From assembly GCA_031423635.1 (NCBI GenBank), contig JANPFX010000077.1, positions 6,344 to 70,343 on the forward strand: 64,000 bases of DNA. Reading direction: 5' to 3'. This stretch comes from Acidimicrobiia bacterium. GTDB lineage: Bacteria; Actinomycetota; Acidimicrobiia; Acidimicrobiales; JANYDT01. Positions 8,830 through 20,132 of this stretch are shown one piece after another. Made by a program: the position numbers and the translations under genes. Below the pieces are notes generated by a model that had not been told where the DNA came from, searched no databases, and saw only the letters and a program-made list of their open reading frames with translations. The stretch's first letter is position 1; each line of letters opens with the position of its first letter.

Positions 8830-9228
8830 TCAGTGGAGGTCGTCGGGGCCGAAGGAGTCGGGGAGGATGTCGTCGAGGGTTTTGATGCCGCCGACGCCTT
8901 TGACGAGGAGTTGTTTGCCGCCGTGTTCGAGGAGCAGCTGGCGGCAGCGGCCGCACGGGGCGAGGACGTAGCCCTCGGCGTGGACCGCGACGAACGCCAC
9001 GAGGCGTCCACCACCGCTCGCCATGAGCGACGACACCAGCCCGCACTCGGCGCAGAGCCCGAGACCGTAGGACGCGTTCTCGACGTTGCAGCCGGTGACG
9101 ATGCGCCCGTCGTCGACCAGAGCGGCGGCGCCGACCGGGAACTTGGAATACGGGGCGTAGGACTTCTCGGTCATGGCGAGCGCCGCGGCGTGCAGCGCAT
9201 CCCAGTCGACGGTCGGGGGAGAGGACAC
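8830..9228 (-). CDS. cdd: cytidine deaminase
   Basis: Zinc motifs CAECG and PCGRCRQ, plus YAPYSKFPVGAA. GTG at 9228 lies 4 nt after the stop of the upstream permease. Length is 132 aa. Confidence 0.85.
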   Translation of the reverse strand: MSSPPTVDWDALHAAALAMTEKSYAPYSKFPVGAAALVDDGRIVTGCNVENASYGLGLCAECGLVSSLMASGGGRLVAFVAVHAEGYVLAPCGRCRQLLLEHGGKQLLVKGVGGIKTLDDILPDSFGPDDLH

Positions 9229-9232
9229 CGAT

Positions 9233-10462
9233 CTACCCCGCCTGTCCCTTGATGTACGGCCGACCGCTCTCGGCCGGGGGTCGTTGGCGCTTCGAGGCAA
9301 CCGTGAGCACGATCAGGGTCAGCAGATACGGCAGGGCTTTGATCAATGCGTCATTGATGATCTCGTTGGCCGAGGCGAACCACAACACGAACGCGGCAAC
9401 GACCCCCAGCCCGGCGGCCGGCTTGAAGCGCTTCTTCGCCACGTTCCATGCGGCTGCCAGCAGGAACGAGAGGCCCACGGCGCCGATGACCGCACGCGAC
9501 TCGAGACCGAGCTGGAAACCGACGGACTGGCTGAAGCTGAACAGCAGCGCACCGATCGACAGCAGGCCGGGCATCCAGTTGCCGAAGATCATGGCGGCCA
9601 GGCCCAGGTAGCCCCGGTTCGCCGTCATGCCCTGCTGATACTTGAGGCTGTCGAGGACCAGCCAGGCACCACCGAGACCGGCCAGGCTGCCGGAGATGAG
9701 CAGCGCCATCCACCGGGTGAAGATGACGTTCACGCCGAGGGACTCGGCGGCGGCCGGCTTCTCGCCACTGCTGCGAAGGCGCAGACCGAACGGCGTCCGC
9801 CAGACCAGATACCAGATCGCCGGGATGAGGAGGAGCAGGAGAACCGACGACCAGGCGACCTCGATGGTGAAGCCCCGGACCGTGCCAGCGAGGTCGGAGA
9901 GGAGGAACCACCGCTTGTCCTCGATGGTCTGAAGCCAGTCGCCGATGAACGGGATGGAGAACTTGCTGCCGAAGTTCCGCACCGACGGAGAGTCGGCGAT
10001 GGTGCCGAGGTCGCCTTCGCGGCCCTTTCCGTCGAAGAAGATGCCGGAGAGGTAGCGGACGAGGCCCACCGACAAGATGTTGATCGCGACGCCGGCCACC
10101 GTCTGATCGACGGCGAACGTCACGGTGGCAAGGGCGAGGAGTGCCCCACCGAGGAAGCCGCCGATGAGCCCCCCGAGAAGCGCCCCCCACGGCCCGAAGT
10201 GCCAGCCGAGATAGCCGGCACCCCACGTGCCCATGATCATCATGCCCTCGAGGCCGATGTTGAACACCCCGGCGCGCTCGGCGACGAGTCCTCCGAGTCC
10301 GGCGAGGATCACCGGAACGGCAAAGCCAAGAGCGGTGCTGACCGTCGATGACCCGGTGAGTCCCGGAGCACTGAACAGCCGGGCGGAGATCGAGAGGAGG
10401 AGTACAACACCGAGGGCGCTGAGCGAAGCGCGCTGCCATCCGTTCAGGCGGACATTCATCAT
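9233..10462 (-). CDS. ABC transporter permease (BMP/nucleoside-type uptake system)
   Basis: 409-aa polytopic membrane ORF. Its start overlaps the preceding permease stop by 4 nt. Confidence 0.8.
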   Translation of the reverse strand: MMNVRLNGWQRASLSALGVVLLLSISARLFSAPGLTGSSTVSTALGFAVPVILAGLGGLVAERAGVFNIGLEGMMIMGTWGAGYLGWHFGPWGALLGGLIGGFLGGALLALATVTFAVDQTVAGVAINILSVGLVRYLSGIFFDGKGREGDLGTIADSPSVRNFGSKFSIPFIGDWLQTIEDKRWFLLSDLAGTVRGFTIEVAWSSVLLLLLIPAIWYLVWRTPFGLRLRSSGEKPAAAESLGVNVIFTRWMALLISGSLAGLGGAWLVLDSLKYQQGMTANRGYLGLAAMIFGNWMPGLLSIGALLFSFSQSVGFQLGLESRAVIGAVGLSFLLAAAWNVAKKRFKPAAGLGVVAAFVLWFASANEIINDALIKALPYLLTLIVLTVASKRQRPPAESGRPYIKGQAG

Positions 10463-11549
10463 GCGCCGGCTTCCTGCAGCTTCGCCGCGTGTGTTCTTGC
10501 TGCAGCCTCTCGGATGATGGTGGCGAGGGTCTTGCGTTCCCAGACGGCGTAGACGATGACCGCGATGAACAACAGGGAGCCTTGGAGGATCACGGCGATC
10601 TCGCCGGGGATCCCGACCGTGACCAGACCGCGGGCGCCCTGGTCGAGTGCGGCCCAGAGAAAGGCCGCTGCAGCGACACCGATGGGATGGTTACGCCCGA
10701 GCAGGGCGATCCCGATGCCGGTGAAACCGAGCATGCCCGGGAACCGGTCACCGTAGGAGAGCTGATCGTTGGCCGAGAGCACGATCCCCATCCCGATGAG
10801 TCCGGCACATGCGCCCGAGATGAGCATCGTGATCATCATCATTCGCTTGGGGTTGATGCCCGCTGATCGGGCGGCTGAGGCGTTGCCGCCCGAGGCCCGC
10901 AGGTCGAAGCCGAATCGGGTGCGGTAGACGATCAGATAGAACGCCACGCCGACGACCATCGCGATGAGGACGTAGCTCTGGATCTTGGCGTCACCGATCT
11001 TGAAGACGGGAAGCTGACCGTTCTTGGGGATCGGACGGGTCGAGCCGTACTCGGGCCGGTTCGGATCGCGGAAGTGCGTCCACTTGCTCTGCATCAGGTA
11101 ACTGATGAGCGACAGCCCAACGCCGTTCAGCATGATGCCGATGAGGACGGGGTTCACGTTGCGGGTGACGTTGAGGATCCCGATGAGCGACGCCCAGATC
11201 GCGCCGGCCACGATCGCCGTCAAGAGGGTCACGGCGACGTGCAGCGGGGCCGGGAGGTCGATGGCGGCGCCGACGACCGCGCCGAACATCGCCGCCACCT
11301 GGTATTGGACGTTCGTGCCGATGTTGAAGACGTTCATCTTCAGAGCGATGGCGACGGCGATGGCGCTCACGTAATAGCGGGCACCGACATTTATGGCGGT
11401 GACCACACCGTCGAGATTGGCGAAGTTCTTCCACATCGCCCGGTAGGCGGTGAGCGGGTTGTGACCCGAGACCAGAAGGACGACGGACGCGATGGCGAAG
11501 GCGAGCGCAAGCGCAAGCGCCGCCGGTGTGAGCGTCTTCTTGAGGTTCT

Positions 11550-11553
<4 letters not shown>
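10459..11553 (-). CDS. ABC transporter permease (BMP/nucleoside-type uptake system)
   Basis: 364-aa polytopic membrane ORF with a 4-nt overlap to the ATPase gene. Confidence 0.8.
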
Positions 11554-13097
<1,544 letters not shown>

Positions 13098-13166
13098 CGC
13101 GTTCGCTGTTCCTTGCTGCGTCGTCGAGGGACGTCGGACGGTTTCGTCATGACCACGCCTTCCTAG

Positions 13167-13205
13167 CAGAAAAGCAAACGGGGCGACCCGAAGGTCGCCC
13201 CGTTT
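13167..13205 (-). terminator. intercistronic stem-loop / attenuating terminator after the binding-protein gene
   Basis: Perfect 13-bp stem AAACGGGGCGACC-CGAA-GGTCGCCCCGTTT (13176-13205). On the minus strand it is followed by GCTTTTCTG. Confidence 0.55.
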
Positions 13206-13242
13206 CACACGGTTCGCGTTCGGCGCAAAGCGCCTCGTGCGA

Positions 13243-14313
13243 CTACTTGCGGGTCGGCACCTTCGGCACGACGATCTTGCCGCTGATGATGTCCTTCTTG
13301 ACCTTCTCGACCTTGGCGATGAGGGAAGCCTTCAGCGCCTTGTTGCTCTTGGCGTATCCCACGCCGTCGGCCGCGAGGCCGAGCGTGACCGTGCCGGTGG
13401 CGGGCTTGCCGCTGTTGTACGCCTTGATGGCTTCGTAGGCGGCGACGTCAACACGCTTGAGCATCGAGGTGAGGATGTAGTCGCGGCCGTTGGCCTGGGA
13501 GATGGTCTGGTATTGATCGGAGTCGACCCCGATGGCCCAGATCTGGCCGGGCTTCTTGCCCGACTCCTTGGCGGCGATGAACGCACCGTTGCCGGTGGAT
13601 CCGGCGGCGACGTAGATCACGTCAATGCCCGACTTGTACATGGCGGCGGCGATGGCCTTGCCCTTCGGGACGTCGGTGAAGCCGGAGAAGTCCGGCGGAG
13701 CCGAGGCGTACTTCTGGGTGATCTTGATGTTCTTCTTGGCCGCCTTGGCTCCGGCCTCGAAGCCGGCCTCGAATCGCTTGATCAGATCGATCTCGACGCC
13801 TCCGATGAAGCCGACCTTGCCGGTCTTCGTGGTGCTACCGGCGATGTAACCGACGAGGTAGGAACCTTCCTGCTCGGAGAACAGGTAGCCGGCGGCGTTG
13901 GCGAGCGGCGCACCCTTGGTGGCACCGTCATCCTGGTCGGAGAGGGCATCGTCGATCGACGCAAACGCGATGGTGGGGTTGGCCTTGGCGCCCTTGGAGC
14001 AGTCCGGCGTCCAGAGGAAGCCGATGCAGATGATCAGACCGTTCTTGGCGGCGATGACGGTCTTGAGGCGCTCGGCGCGGTCACCGTCGGCACCCGACGG
14101 AACCGACTCGGTGGCCTTGAGACCAGAGAATTCGGCCTTGGCCTTGTCGAGGCCGGCGGCAGCCGCGTCGTTGAACGACTTGTCGCCACGACCGGTCAAG
14201 TCGAACATCAGGGCGACGGACTTCGGCTCCTGCGACTGCGCGGCCGGGGCGGCGATCAGTGCAAGAGCACTGGCCATCGCGACGCCGGCAACGGCTTTGC
14301 GGGTGATCTTCAT
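13243..14313 (-). CDS. BMP-family ABC substrate-binding lipoprotein (nucleoside-binding type)
   Basis: Start MKITRKAVAGVAMASALALIAAPAAQ (signal peptide) is preceded by GGAGGG. BMP-like body (GDKSFND, GFIGG). Confidence 0.85.
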   Translation of the reverse strand: MKITRKAVAGVAMASALALIAAPAAQSQEPKSVALMFDLTGRGDKSFNDAAAAGLDKAKAEFSGLKATESVPSGADGDRAERLKTVIAAKNGLIICIGFLWTPDCSKGAKANPTIAFASIDDALSDQDDGATKGAPLANAAGYLFSEQEGSYLVGYIAGSTTKTGKVGFIGGVEIDLIKRFEAGFEAGAKAAKKNIKITQKYASAPPDFSGFTDVPKGKAIAAAMYKSGIDVIYVAAGSTGNGAFIAAKESGKKPGQIWAIGVDSDQYQTISQANGRDYILTSMLKRVDVAAYEAIKAYNSGKPATGTVTLGLAADGVGYAKSNKALKASLIAKVEKVKKDIISGKIVVPKVPTRK

Positions 14314-14579
14314 GGAGTTTGACCCTCCGAGGGTGTGATGTAGGGGCCGCACTCCGCGGAAGCGGTGTTGCGGACCGGGTTTGGTCCCACGTGACGTTAA
14401 CGGGCTGAACAGGGTGCAGCAATCAGAACTTGGGTCCGGTTCACGAGATTGCAACACGGGTCGGGCGAAGTGCCTCGAGAAAGGTCGTTGGACTGGTGAT
14501 GGGACGGACACCCGACCGCGCCCGGACGACGTGCGGTCGGGAACGCGGTAGGCGACTCGAACAACTACGTTCGTCGGCA

Positions 14580-15353
14580 GTGTCCACCTCGTCCCGTTCA
14601 CTCCGTTCACGCAAACGCGAGGTCCCCGCCGATTTCGATGTCGTGGCCGGGCACTACGACCTTCTGGTCAAGCGCAACCCCGGCTACGTCGAGCACCTTG
14701 CGCTGAGCGCCGCCCGGCTGGGCCTCGCCGACGGGGGCCGCGGTATGCGGCTGCTCGATCTGTGTTGCGGGACGGGGCTCTCCACCGCCGGGCTCCTGGC
14801 GAGCTATCCCCACGCCGAGATCGTCGGACTCGACGCATCGATCGGCATGCTCGAGCTCGCTCGGGCGAAGCCGGCGCTGCGCCAAGCCGGCGTGCACTTC
14901 GTGCACGGTGATGCCATGGATCCAACGGGTGCAGTGGCCGGGGCCTTCGGTGTGGCTCCAGAGGAACTCGCGCTCGATGGGATCGTGATGGCCTACGGGA
15001 TTCGGAACATGCCCGACGCCGACGAGTGCCTCGCCCGACTCCTGCCACTCCTCAAGCCGGGTGCGCCGATCTGCTTCCACGAGTACTCCGTGGCCCATTC
15101 GCCCCGGTCCAAGGGCACCTGGACGGCGGTCGCGTGGGGAATCATCATCCCGTCCGGCTTCATCGCCGCCCGCCACACCCGCATCTACCGCTACCTGTGG
15201 CGCAGCGTGCTCGACTTCGACGGCCGTCCGCAGTTCGAGGAACGCCTGAGCGGACACGGTTTCGACGACGTGCGTACCGAACCGATGGACGGCTGGCAGA
15301 AGGACATCGTCCATTCGTTCCTGGCCCGGCGGCCGGTCGCGAACCAACCGTGA
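14580..15353 (+). CDS. class I SAM-dependent methyltransferase
   Basis: Motif [13 protein letters not shown]. The start is uncertain: GTG 14580 is chosen and ATG 14499 is possible. The stop overlaps the next start (GTGA). Confidence 0.7.
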   Translation: MSTSSRSLRSRKREVPADFDVVAGHYDLLVKRNPGYVEHLALSAARLGLADGGRGMRLLDLCCGTGLSTAGLLASYPHAEIVGLDASIGMLELARAKPALRQAGVHFVHGDAMDPTGAVAGAFGVAPEELALDGIVMAYGIRNMPDADECLARLLPLLKPGAPICFHEYSVAHSPRSKGTWTAVAWGIIIPSGFIAARHTRIYRYLWRSVLDFDGRPQFEERLSGHGFDDVRTEPMDGWQKDIVHSFLARRPVANQP

Positions 15354-16897
15354 CCCGCGCCCCGGGCGGCCGAGACCGGCGCGCCGTGCGGATCACCGGG
15401 CCTGACTCTGCCGACGGGGGGACCCGCCTATCGGGCGATCGGAGCCTGCAGGTCACCGTCGTCGGCGGCGGGCTCGCCGGCATGGCCGCGGCGGTGTCGC
15501 TGGCCGAGCGGGGCGCAGCTGTCACTGTTCGAGAGGCCGGACCGGTCCTCGGCGGACGGCTCTCCTCCTGGCCCGACACGCTCAACGACGAGGCTGGGGG
15601 CGGACCGATCCAGATGGAGCGTGGGTTTCACGCCTTCTTCCGGCAGTACTACAACGCCCGTGCCCTGCTTCGCCGGGTCGATCCGTCGCTGTCGTTCCTT
15701 CGGGCGTGCGATGACTATCCGCTCTTCGGCCCGAACGGCTCGTTCCAGTCGTTCGCGTCGCTGCCGGCGACGCCGCCGCTGAATCTGGCGGTGCTCGTGA
15801 AGCGCACGCCCACCCTGAACCTGGCCGGGCTCCGAGGCATCAACGGTGATGCGGCGGCGGAGATGCTGGCCTTCGACGGCGACGACACCTATGCCCGCTT
15901 CGACCAGATCAGCGCGAAGGAGTACCTCGATCAGGTCAACTTCCCGGCCGACGCCCGCCGGATGCTCTTCGAGGTGTTCGCCCATTCGTTCTTCAACCCC
16001 GAGGAGGTCATGTCGGCGGGCGAGATGCTCATGATGTTCCACCTCTACTTCTGCGGCTCGGCCGAGGGGATCCTCTTCGATGTCCTCGACGGCCCGTTCG
16101 GAGAGTCCGTGTGGGTCCCGCTGCAGCGCTACGCGGAATCGCTCGGCGTCCGCATCACCGTCGGGGATCCGGTCGACCTGCTCCCGGAACCGGGAGACGC
16201 CGAGGCCGTGGTGCTGGCGACGAACGTCGACGCGCTGCGCGGGATCGTCGACACAAATCCGTGGATCGGTCGGGGCGAAACCGAGTGGCTTGCCAAGGTG
16301 GCGGCGCGCCGCCAGGCGCCGCCGTTCGCCGTGCTCCGGCTCTGGCTCGATCGGGACGTGCACCCGGACCGGGCGCCGTTCGCCGGGACGGCAGCGCTCG
16401 GCATCCTCGACAACATCTCGTGCGTCCACCGGTATCAGGACGAGGCCCGGAGCTGGGCCCGCCGCACCGGCGGCAGCGTCGTGGAACTGCACGCCTACGC
16501 GCTCCCGGTCTCGCACCATCACGACGAGGCACTCGTGCGGCGCGATCTCCTGGAGCAGTTGCGCGGCGTCTACCCGGAGACCCGTGACGCGAAGATCCTC
16601 GACGAGCGACTCCTCCTGCGCGCCGACTGCCCGAGCTTCGAGGTGGGCTCCTTTGCCGGTCGGCTGCCGGTCACGACCCCGCATCCCCGCGTCGTGCTGG
16701 CCGGCGACCACGTCCGTCTCTCCTTTCCGACGGCGCTGATGGAACGGGCGGTGACCAGTGGCTTCCTCGCCGCGAATGCGCTCCTCTCGCCATTGGGGGC
16801 GGCACCCGAGCCGATCTGGTCGGTTCCCACCAGGGGCGTCCTCGCAGGCCTGCAGGCATGGCAGCGTCGTCGACAGGGCAGCCCGGTCGACTCCTGA
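15350..16897 (+). CDS. FAD-dependent oxidoreductase, carotenoid-desaturase/CrtU-like family
   Basis: Dinucleotide fold [21 protein letters not shown], then [24 protein letters not shown] and [17 protein letters not shown] 15350 overlaps the methyltransferase stop. Confidence 0.7.
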   Translation: MTRAPGGRDRRAVRITGPDSADGGTRLSGDRSLQVTVVGGGLAGMAAAVSLAERGAAVTVREAGPVLGGRLSSWPDTLNDEAGGGPIQMERGFHAFFRQYYNARALLRRVDPSLSFLRACDDYPLFGPNGSFQSFASLPATPPLNLAVLVKRTPTLNLAGLRGINGDAAAEMLAFDGDDTYARFDQISAKEYLDQVNFPADARRMLFEVFAHSFFNPEEVMSAGEMLMMFHLYFCGSAEGILFDVLDGPFGESVWVPLQRYAESLGVRITVGDPVDLLPEPGDAEAVVLATNVDALRGIVDTNPWIGRGETEWLAKVAARRQAPPFAVLRLWLDRDVHPDRAPFAGTAALGILDNISCVHRYQDEARSWARRTGGSVVELHAYALPVSHHHDEALVRRDLLEQLRGVYPETRDAKILDERLLLRADCPSFEVGSFAGRLPVTTPHPRVVLAGDHVRLSFPTALMERAVTSGFLAANALLSPLGAAPEPIWSVPTRGVLAGLQAWQRRRQGSPVDS

Positions 16898-16988
16898 AAG
16901 CGATTGCGCGTGTCCGTACACTGGTGCGCGGACGCGGTGTCCGAGTCTGGGGCCACAGTCTCGGAACGGAGTGGCAGAAGGGGCAGAC

Positions 16989-18887
16989 GTGGGGAATGTG
17001 GTGACGGCCCGGGCGGCGATCGTTCGATCGTCTGTCGTCGGCATCCTTGGTGCGCTGTACCCCGACCGGGATGCTCACGCGATCTTCGACCGGCTGGGCG
17101 CGGTGAGCGAACGTGCGGCCGCGGCTCGAACAGCGGAGTTATTGGAACGGGACCGCGCCGCTGAACTGACGCCGGACTGGTTCCATTCCAACACGATGAT
17201 CGGCTACGTGGCGTACGCGGATCGGTTCGGTGGTGATCTCGGCGGCGTCACCAAGCACCTCGACTATCTCGGTGAGCTCGGGATCACCTACGTGCACCTG
17301 ATGTCGGTCATGCGTCCACGCGACGGCGAGAACGACGGCGGCTACGCCATCGCCGATTATCGCGACGTCGATCCTTCTCTCGGCACGATCGACGACCTAC
17401 GCGCGCTTATCACCGACCTGCACGAGCGGAACATGGTGGTGTGCATCGATCTCGTGATGAATCACACCGCCGACACACACCCGTGGGCTCTCGAAGCGAT
17501 GGCCGGCGATGAAGCAAAGCGCGCATATTTTCTCACCTACCCCGACCGCGTCGAGCCCGACCGTTGGGAACGCAGCCTTCCCGAGGTGTTCCCCACCATG
17601 GCGCCCGGCAACTTCACGTGGAACGACGCGTTGGGCCGATGGGTGTGGACAACGTTCAATTCGTTCCAGTGGGACCTGAACTACGCCAATCCCGACGTGC
17701 TCGTCGAGATGCTCGATGTCATGTGCTTCCTCGCGAATCTTGGCGTCGACGTGCTGCGCCTCGATGCGGTGGCCTTCACCTGGAAGCGTCAGGGGACGAA
17801 CTGTCAGAACCAGCCGGAGGCCCATTTGATCGCCCAAGTGCTCCGGGCGATGCTGGGCGTCGCCGCACCGGTGACGATCCTGCAGGCCGAAGCGATCGTC
17901 GGACCCGACGACCTGGTGCACTACCTCGGTGCCTACGGGTCGCGTCAGCGTCGCGAGTGTGAGCTCGCCTATCACAACCAACTCATGGTCATGGGGTGGT
18001 CGGCGCTCGCCGAGCAGAACGTGCGGCTCGCCACCCAGGCGCTCGCGCGCATGTCGCAGATCCCGTCGTGGGCCACGTGGTGCACCTACGTGCGATGCCA
18101 CGACGACATCGGCTGGGCGGTGACCGACGAAGACGCCGGGCGGGTCGGGCTGTCGGGAGGTGCGCACCGCCGGTTCCTCGCCGAGTTCTACCGCGGCGCG
18201 TTCGCCGGGAGCTATTCGTCCGGTGTCGCATTTTCCGCCAACGACGACACCGGGGACGAGCGCACGAGCGGATCGGCCGCCGCGCTCGTCGGGATCGACA
18301 GCGCGCGTCGTAGCGGTGATCTTGTCGCGTTGGATCTCGGGGTCCGTCGCCTGCTGATGCTCTACGGGTTGGCGTTCTCCTTCGGTGGGATCCCGCTCGT
18401 CTACATGGGCGATGAGCTGGCGTTGGCCAATGACCATACGTACACAGATGATCCAGCCCATGCGACGGACAGTCGATGGATCCACCGGCCGATGATGGAC
18501 TGGTCCGCCGCCGAACGACGTCGGGATCCGAGCACGATCGAAGGTCGGGTCTTCGCCCGGTTCCGACAGTTGGCCGCGGCGCGTGCCGCCGCGCCAGAAC
18601 TCCGTTCGGGCGGAACCATCGAGGCGTTCTCGACCGGCAGCGATCGGGTGCTCGGCATCCGCCGTTGGCACCCGCTTCACGGCCCGGTGCTCATCGTTGC
18701 CTCGTTCTCCGCCGAGACGGTGACCATTGCTCCGGTCGGTGCGCCGCCGGCGGGCGACGTATGGTTCGACGCGCTCAACGGTGAGCGGGTCCGTGGTGAC
18801 GTGCCGCTGTCGCTGAGTGGCTACGCGATGCGCTGGCTGGTCGTCGCTCCGGAGCATTCCGTCGTACCCGCTCCCGGTCCACGCTGA
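16989..18887 (+). CDS. amylosucrase-type GH13 alpha-glucan enzyme
   Basis: Long collinear similarity to the amylosucrase pattern: YLGELGITYVHLM, DGGYAIADYRDVDPSLGTIDDL, DLVMNHT, TFNSFQWDLNY, GVDVLRLDAVAF, YVRCHDDIGW. Alternative GTG starts at 16998 and 17001. Confidence 0.8.
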   Translation: MGNVVTARAAIVRSSVVGILGALYPDRDAHAIFDRLGAVSERAAAARTAELLERDRAAELTPDWFHSNTMIGYVAYADRFGGDLGGVTKHLDYLGELGITYVHLMSVMRPRDGENDGGYAIADYRDVDPSLGTIDDLRALITDLHERNMVVCIDLVMNHTADTHPWALEAMAGDEAKRAYFLTYPDRVEPDRWERSLPEVFPTMAPGNFTWNDALGRWVWTTFNSFQWDLNYANPDVLVEMLDVMCFLANLGVDVLRLDAVAFTWKRQGTNCQNQPEAHLIAQVLRAMLGVAAPVTILQAEAIVGPDDLVHYLGAYGSRQRRECELAYHNQLMVMGWSALAEQNVRLATQALARMSQIPSWATWCTYVRCHDDIGWAVTDEDAGRVGLSGGAHRRFLAEFYRGAFAGSYSSGVAFSANDDTGDERTSGSAAALVGIDSARRSGDLVALDLGVRRLLMLYGLAFSFGGIPLVYMGDELALANDHTYTDDPAHATDSRWIHRPMMDWSAAERRRDPSTIEGRVFARFRQLAAARAAAPELRSGGTIEAFSTGSDRVLGIRRWHPLHGPVLIVASFSAETVTIAPVGAPPAGDVWFDALNGERVRGDVPLSLSGYAMRWLVVAPEHSVVPAPGPR

Positions 18888-18998
18888 TTCCCTACGAGGT
18901 TGGCCCGGCCGCGGTGTTGCCCGTACTGCGGGCCGGTGCGGTCTCCTACGGCTTCCCGGGTAGCTGTGCTGTCGGCACGTCGGGGACTTTTGGCGGAC

Positions 18999-19964
18999 TC
19001 AGGGTTGGCCGGGCCGCCATCCACGGGCGCGAAGGGCGTAGGTGCGCTCGGCGTACCGGGCGTCGTCGCGCCACAGGCGTGTGGCCATCGCGGCGATGAT
19101 CGGCCTTGCGACAGATGCTCCCTTGAGCATCGTGGCGAAACCGGGGCGTTCGCTCGTGACCAGCGTCGCCTCGATGACGGCCGTGCGTGGTGCCACCCCG
19201 GGCGCCGCCGGCGCCATCGGCGTGGCGTGGGTTTCGACGACCGATCCGGTCCCTTCGCCGCCGATGATCGTCATGACGATGGTCCGCGGATCCGGGCAGT
19301 CGAATCGGGCTTCCACCTCGACGCGGTGACGGGGCGTGACCCGGTAGGCCACGCGGAGGTCAAGTGCGTCGTCGGTGGCGGCCAGCACCTCGAGTGAGGA
19401 GAAGGCATACGGATGGAAATGGACGCCATGCCACGGGTCGAGTCGGTTGGCGAGCACATCGGCCGGCTCGGCCGTGACATCGCGACGGATGACGGCGTCG
19501 AGAAAGCGGTCGGGCCGCTTCGTGATGATCGGCGCATCGGTGTTCTCCTCCGCGCCGTGATGGAGTTGGACCCACACCAGCACCCCGTCATCATGGACGG
19601 CGAGCGGAGACCAACGGCCTTGGCCGTCGACGCGCTCGCCCCGCCGGGCGGGTAGCGCCAGCCCGTGCCAGGGGCAGACGAGGCTGCCGGCCCCGTTCAC
19701 CCGGCCGTCGGCGAGATGCGCCCCGAGATGGGGACACGCCGCCGGGGCCGCAGCGACACCCTCATCGCCGACCCAGGTGACCAGTTCGAGGCCGTCGACA
19801 GTGTGGCGCTGGGGCCGGGAGGGCCTGGAGCGGAGGGTTCGTCGGGACCCCAGCACGAACCACCCGCCGCTCGGCTTGGCGAGTGCGCGGCTGAGCGCCG
19901 ACGCAATCGAAGGGCCGTGCGCCTGCTTCCAGTCGGGTTCCCGTCGTGGCGGCATCCGGCCCAA
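18999..19964 (-). CDS. Rieske [2Fe-2S] domain protein
   Basis: CPHLGAHL...CPWHG Rieske motif in the N-terminal third. The C-terminal two thirds are uncharacterised. Confidence 0.75.
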   Translation of the reverse strand: MGRMPPRREPDWKQAHGPSIASALSRALAKPSGGWFVLGSRRTLRSRPSRPQRHTVDGLELVTWVGDEGVAAAPAACPHLGAHLADGRVNGAGSLVCPWHGLALPARRGERVDGQGRWSPLAVHDDGVLVWVQLHHGAEENTDAPIITKRPDRFLDAVIRRDVTAEPADVLANRLDPWHGVHFHPYAFSSLEVLAATDDALDLRVAYRVTPRHRVEVEARFDCPDPRTIVMTIIGGEGTGSVVETHATPMAPAAPGVAPRTAVIEATLVTSERPGFATMLKGASVARPIIAAMATRLWRDDARYAERTYALRARGWRPGQP

Positions 19965-20016
19965 CGCTAACGGGAAGCAGCCGTCGCAGGGCTCCCGACC
20001 TTCGGGAATATGAGGC

Positions 20017-20054
20017 GGTCCCCGGGGAGGCGGCGGAGCCTCAACCCGGGGACC
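20017..20054 (-). terminator. strong stem-loop downstream of the lactonase operon
   Basis: GGTCCCCGGG (20017-20026) pairs with CCCGGGGACC (20045-20054), with an inner GAGG/CCTC extension. There is only a weak U-tract on the minus strand. Confidence 0.35.
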
Positions 20055-20132
20055 TCACCGGAGCAGGTGGCGGGAACCTGAACCGGTGTGCTCCGTATCG
20101 TAGGTGAATCACCCATACAACGGAAGGGAGCT

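Noticed and set aside
8550-9046. ORF-track ORFs (8550..9014, 8690..9046, and similarly 39824..40588, 39991..40611, 40128..40862) that translate through the repeat elements. These could be repeated small proteins.
   Set aside because: The reading frames are open only because of high GC. The translated repeats appear in different frames and strands at different loci. The ORFs overlap well-supported genes.
14314-14579. The 266-nt leader of the nucleoside ABC operon, considered as a purine or 2'-dG-type riboswitch.
   Set aside because: I could not find the conserved purine-riboswitch junction or loop sequences on the minus strand. Only short generic hairpins are present. It would need a cmsearch to settle.
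15428-17044. Large antisense ORFs: 15428..17044, 17397..18857, 28013..29443, 42225..43340, 46332..47879, 50822..52648, 54105..55931(-), 61280..62350, 11643..13166, 13237..14322 and 9173..10351.
   Set aside because: This is the typical high-GC shadow-ORF phenomenon. Each lies opposite a gene with clear family motifs. Their translations are low-complexity Arg/Gly/Asp/His-rich sequences.
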